From Anaerolineae bacterium (GTDB lineage: Bacteria > Chloroflexota > Anaerolineae > UBA1429): 46,079 nt of DNA. Both the position numbers and the translations under genes were made by a program. The notes under the pieces were generated by a model. It made no database searches and was not told the origin of the DNA. It was given only the letters and a program-made list of their open reading frames with translations. This document shows positions 43,971 through 46,079 of this stretch, piece by piece. Positions within the stretch are counted from its first letter, which is position 1, and each line of letters begins with the position of its first letter. Location: the NCBI GenBank assembly GCA_049975585.1, contig JBNGEB010000002.1, positions 1 to 46,079 of the forward strand, written 5' to 3'.

Positions 43971-46079
43971 TCACTCCTTGGGAAGCTCCACGCCAAACTC
44001 CACAAAGCAATAGTCATCGTTCCAAGGCGCGCAGCCAAAGACGCTTGGCTCCTTATAAAAGCTGGAAGGAGCCACGGCATAGCTCTCACCCTCTTCAAGG
44101 TGGTGCGGGCCAAGCAGGTTGCGCAGGCCACCGGTCAATATAAGCTCAAACGTGTTGACGCCAGGCGTCAATATCCTGCTGAGATCGACGACATAGGGCC
44201 GCCAGAACCACCTCGCGGCGGACTCTCCGTTGACGATCAACTCGACGATGTGGCCCTGTACGTCCTCCAAGGAGAACGACCTGCCGTCGATCTGCTCCTC
44301 GTCCAGCGTGACCTCTCTGGTCAGGCGAACGGTTCCATTGAAGAACGGGAGCCCCTGCGGCGTCAGGTTGCTTGGATCGACCTCTGTTGGCTCGGGTCCG
44401 ATGACAAAGGGGCCACTGTATCGCATGGCATGCCGGGATAGCGCCTCGAAGGAGCCAGGCGTTTGCACGCCAAAGCGCCCCACGAGATAGATGGCCTCGA
44501 TCTCGCTATCATAGGTGAGCTTGTTCTTTTCCGCCTCAAAGACGCGGGCCTTTTTCAGGTTCTCATACACTTCTGGGCTCTGGGAGAAACGCGTCTCCAA
44601 GACGATCTCGTTCGCGCCAGGACGTAGCTGACCTGTGATGTCGATCTTGCGGAAGGAGGTATCCCGGTAAAAGCCGCAATCCGTCTGGTCAATGGTTCGC
44701 CCATTGATGGCGATCCCGGACTCTTGAGGCTGCTCCATGACCAGATAGAGCGGCCCTTCGGGCGACCAACCGTCGGCCACCTGCACGCTGAAGCGCAGCT
44801 TGAGCTGTACCGGCTTGCCCCGATCCAGGCATCGCTCTTGCACCACGCTGATGTGCTCATTTTCGGCCTCTAGCTCGCCGTCGATCCAGATATCGCAGTA
44901 GTCTAGCGTGAGGGCGTTGGGGTCCAGCATCTCGAGCTGCCAGTTCCCCGTAAAGAGATGGGCAGGCAGGGGTTGGCCTACGATCGTTGCTGGCTCGACG
45001 GCATCCGTCAACGCTTCCGGCTCATCGGGGACGATGAGAGCTAGCGATCCGCTCGCGGGGAAGCGATGGTGCAGCTTGACCCGCCCGTCTCGCACCTCCC
45101 AGGGGATCTCCTGGATGGTCCCATCCTCCAGAACGACGCGCGCGGCGGCTTTGCCCGGCAACCCGATAGTCGCGTCGTGAGCGGAATTGGCATCGCTGTT
45201 CACGAGAAAGTAGAAGGCACAGGCTCCGAGATCGCCAAAGGCTTCCAGGTGTCGCTGTGTCACGGTGACGGACGGGATCTCTTTGCCCTGGCTGTCCGCT
45301 ACCGAGATGCTTCGTACCGATGCGGGCAGCGCCTTCTCCAGTTCGGCGATCGCGTCTAGAAGCTCGCCCCTCTTGCCGAGTTCGTCCAGCTCGCTGGACG
45401 GCTCGCCCTCTACCAGCGTGGGCACTTCCCCGAGCCAGAGGACGCTGCCGCCCCCATCGACATACGCGCGCAGCAGCGAGAGCGTATCCCGCGATACGGT
45501 GCGCATGGGCGGCGCAATGACCAGCTTGTAGGTCTGAGTGCCCACGTGGATTCGATCGCCCTCAGCTTGGGCGTGTCGCTTCAGGATGCGCTCGTCGCCG
45601 AGATGGAACGGCACGTGGAGGCCTTCCAACGTGTCGATGACACGCATCAGGCCGTCGTTGAGTTCGTGGATGCCGGCGTTATCATCGTCGTTGTAGCAGA
45701 GCCAGGCCGAAGCCTGCGGGTGCAAGACGAGGACATCAAAAGCCACATCGCCCTCGGCGAGGAGCAGCCCCAGGCGCGAGACATAGTCGTTGAAGAATCG
45801 GTACTGGTCCCACCAGGGCTCTTGGAAGAACATGGAAGGCGGATAGTCGCGCTTGCGGATGCCTCGTAGCGAGTAGCCTTCCAGGTGCTGGCAAAGCTGG
45901 GTCACCCCACGGACGCACTGCCACTCGTAGATCCACTTGAGTTCCTCAAAGCTGACGTTCCAGCCGCAGAGAGCAAAGGTCTCGCTGAGAATCCGTCGCT
46001 TGCCGAGCTGGTGAGCCACTGAGGCTACCTGCAAGGGCGTCGTCGGCGGGTTGATATGGCGGCCTAGCCAGTCCATGCC
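43971..46079 (-). CDS. glycoside-hydrolase-like protein (GATase1-like middle domain plus jelly-roll/sugar-binding C-terminus); the 5' end probably lies beyond the window
   Basis: Frame open to the window edge, over 700 aa. ETFALCGWNVSFEELKWIYEWQCVRGV and YVDGGGSVLWLG segments resemble uncharacterised GH-like families. Function is uncertain. Confidence 0.5.
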   Translation of the reverse strand, partial: GMDWLGRHINPPTTPLQVASVAHQLGKRRILSETFALCGWNVSFEELKWIYEWQCVRGVTQLCQHLEGYSLRGIRKRDYPPSMFFQEPWWDQYRFFNDYVSRLGLLLAEGDVAFDVLVLHPQASAWLCYNDDDNAGIHELNDGLMRVIDTLEGLHVPFHLGDERILKRHAQAEGDRIHVGTQTYKLVIAPPMRTVSRDTLSLLRAYVDGGGSVLWLGEVPTLVEGEPSSELDELGKRGELLDAIAELEKALPASVRSISVADSQGKEIPSVTVTQRHLEAFGDLGACAFYFLVNSDANSAHDATIGLPGKAAARVVLEDGTIQEIPWEVRDGRVKLHHRFPASGSLALIVPDEPEALTDAVEPATIVGQPLPAHLFTGNWQLEMLDPNALTLDYCDIWIDGELEAENEHISVVQERCLDRGKPVQLKLRFSVQVADGWSPEGPLYLVMEQPQESGIAINGRTIDQTDCGFYRDTSFRKIDITGQLRPGANEIVLETRFSQSPEVYENLKKARVFEAEKNKLTYDSEIEAIYLVGRFGVQTPGSFEALSRHAMRYSGPFVIGPEPTEVDPSNLTPQGLPFFNGTVRLTREVTLDEEQIDGRSFSLEDVQGHIVELIVNGESAARWFWRPYVVDLSRILTPGVNTFELILTGGLRNLLGPHHLEEGESYAVAPSSFYKEPSVFGCAPWNDDYCFVEFGVELPKE

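Overview
GC-rich bacterial chromosomal segment, densely packed with about 50 genes. Most are housekeeping; there are no transposases, integrases, CRISPR arrays or rRNA. Gene content and the GGAGG-type ribosome-binding sites (RBS) suggest a monoderm or Chloroflexota-like lineage, but that is inference only.

Gene order, left to right:
- ftsK 5' end, which the ORF track misses
- a minus-strand block of DNA/RNA damage and repair-type genes: family-4 UDG, YcaQ-like glycosylase, Nudix, ThpR, amidohydrolase
- lipid kinase, tRNA-Leu(CAG), YgjP/M48, aspartase, homoserine dehydrogenase
- VOC protein, comEC, mtaB, yqeY, pgpH-dgkA
- two Wzz-like proteins plus a BY-kinase
- pcm, a peptide-type substrate-binding protein (SBP), secG, MFS transporter, cobO
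- a tightly packed thiamine-salvage operon led by a TPP riboswitch: thiN, methyltransferase, MTH1187, thiXYZ, DUF402, 2H phosphoesterase
- tsaE-tsaB-rimI, a Nif3-GNAT fusion, a 983-aa NB-ARC/TPR STAND ATPase
- bioY, a small XRE regulator, tkt, MFS transporter, and a truncated glycoside-hydrolase-like gene

Main observations not explained by the ORF track:
1. An unlisted 79-codon Rdx/SelW-like gene (11745-11984, minus strand). It has an in-frame TGA exactly at the CxxU redox position and a SECIS-like hairpin downstream, so it is a likely selenoprotein.
2. A 466-bp AT-rich non-coding island (21600-22065) carrying two perfect and several near-perfect DnaA boxes in two opposed arrays. It looks like an oriC, yet no dnaA or dnaN lies in the window.
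3. A perfect Cheo-type LexA box (TAGAAC-N4-GTTCTA) over the promoter of a small XRE gene that is divergent from tkt.

Many ORF-track N-termini are over-extended. I re-placed those starts using RBS position and neighbouring genes. The long overlapping or antisense ORFs are typical high-GC shadows.
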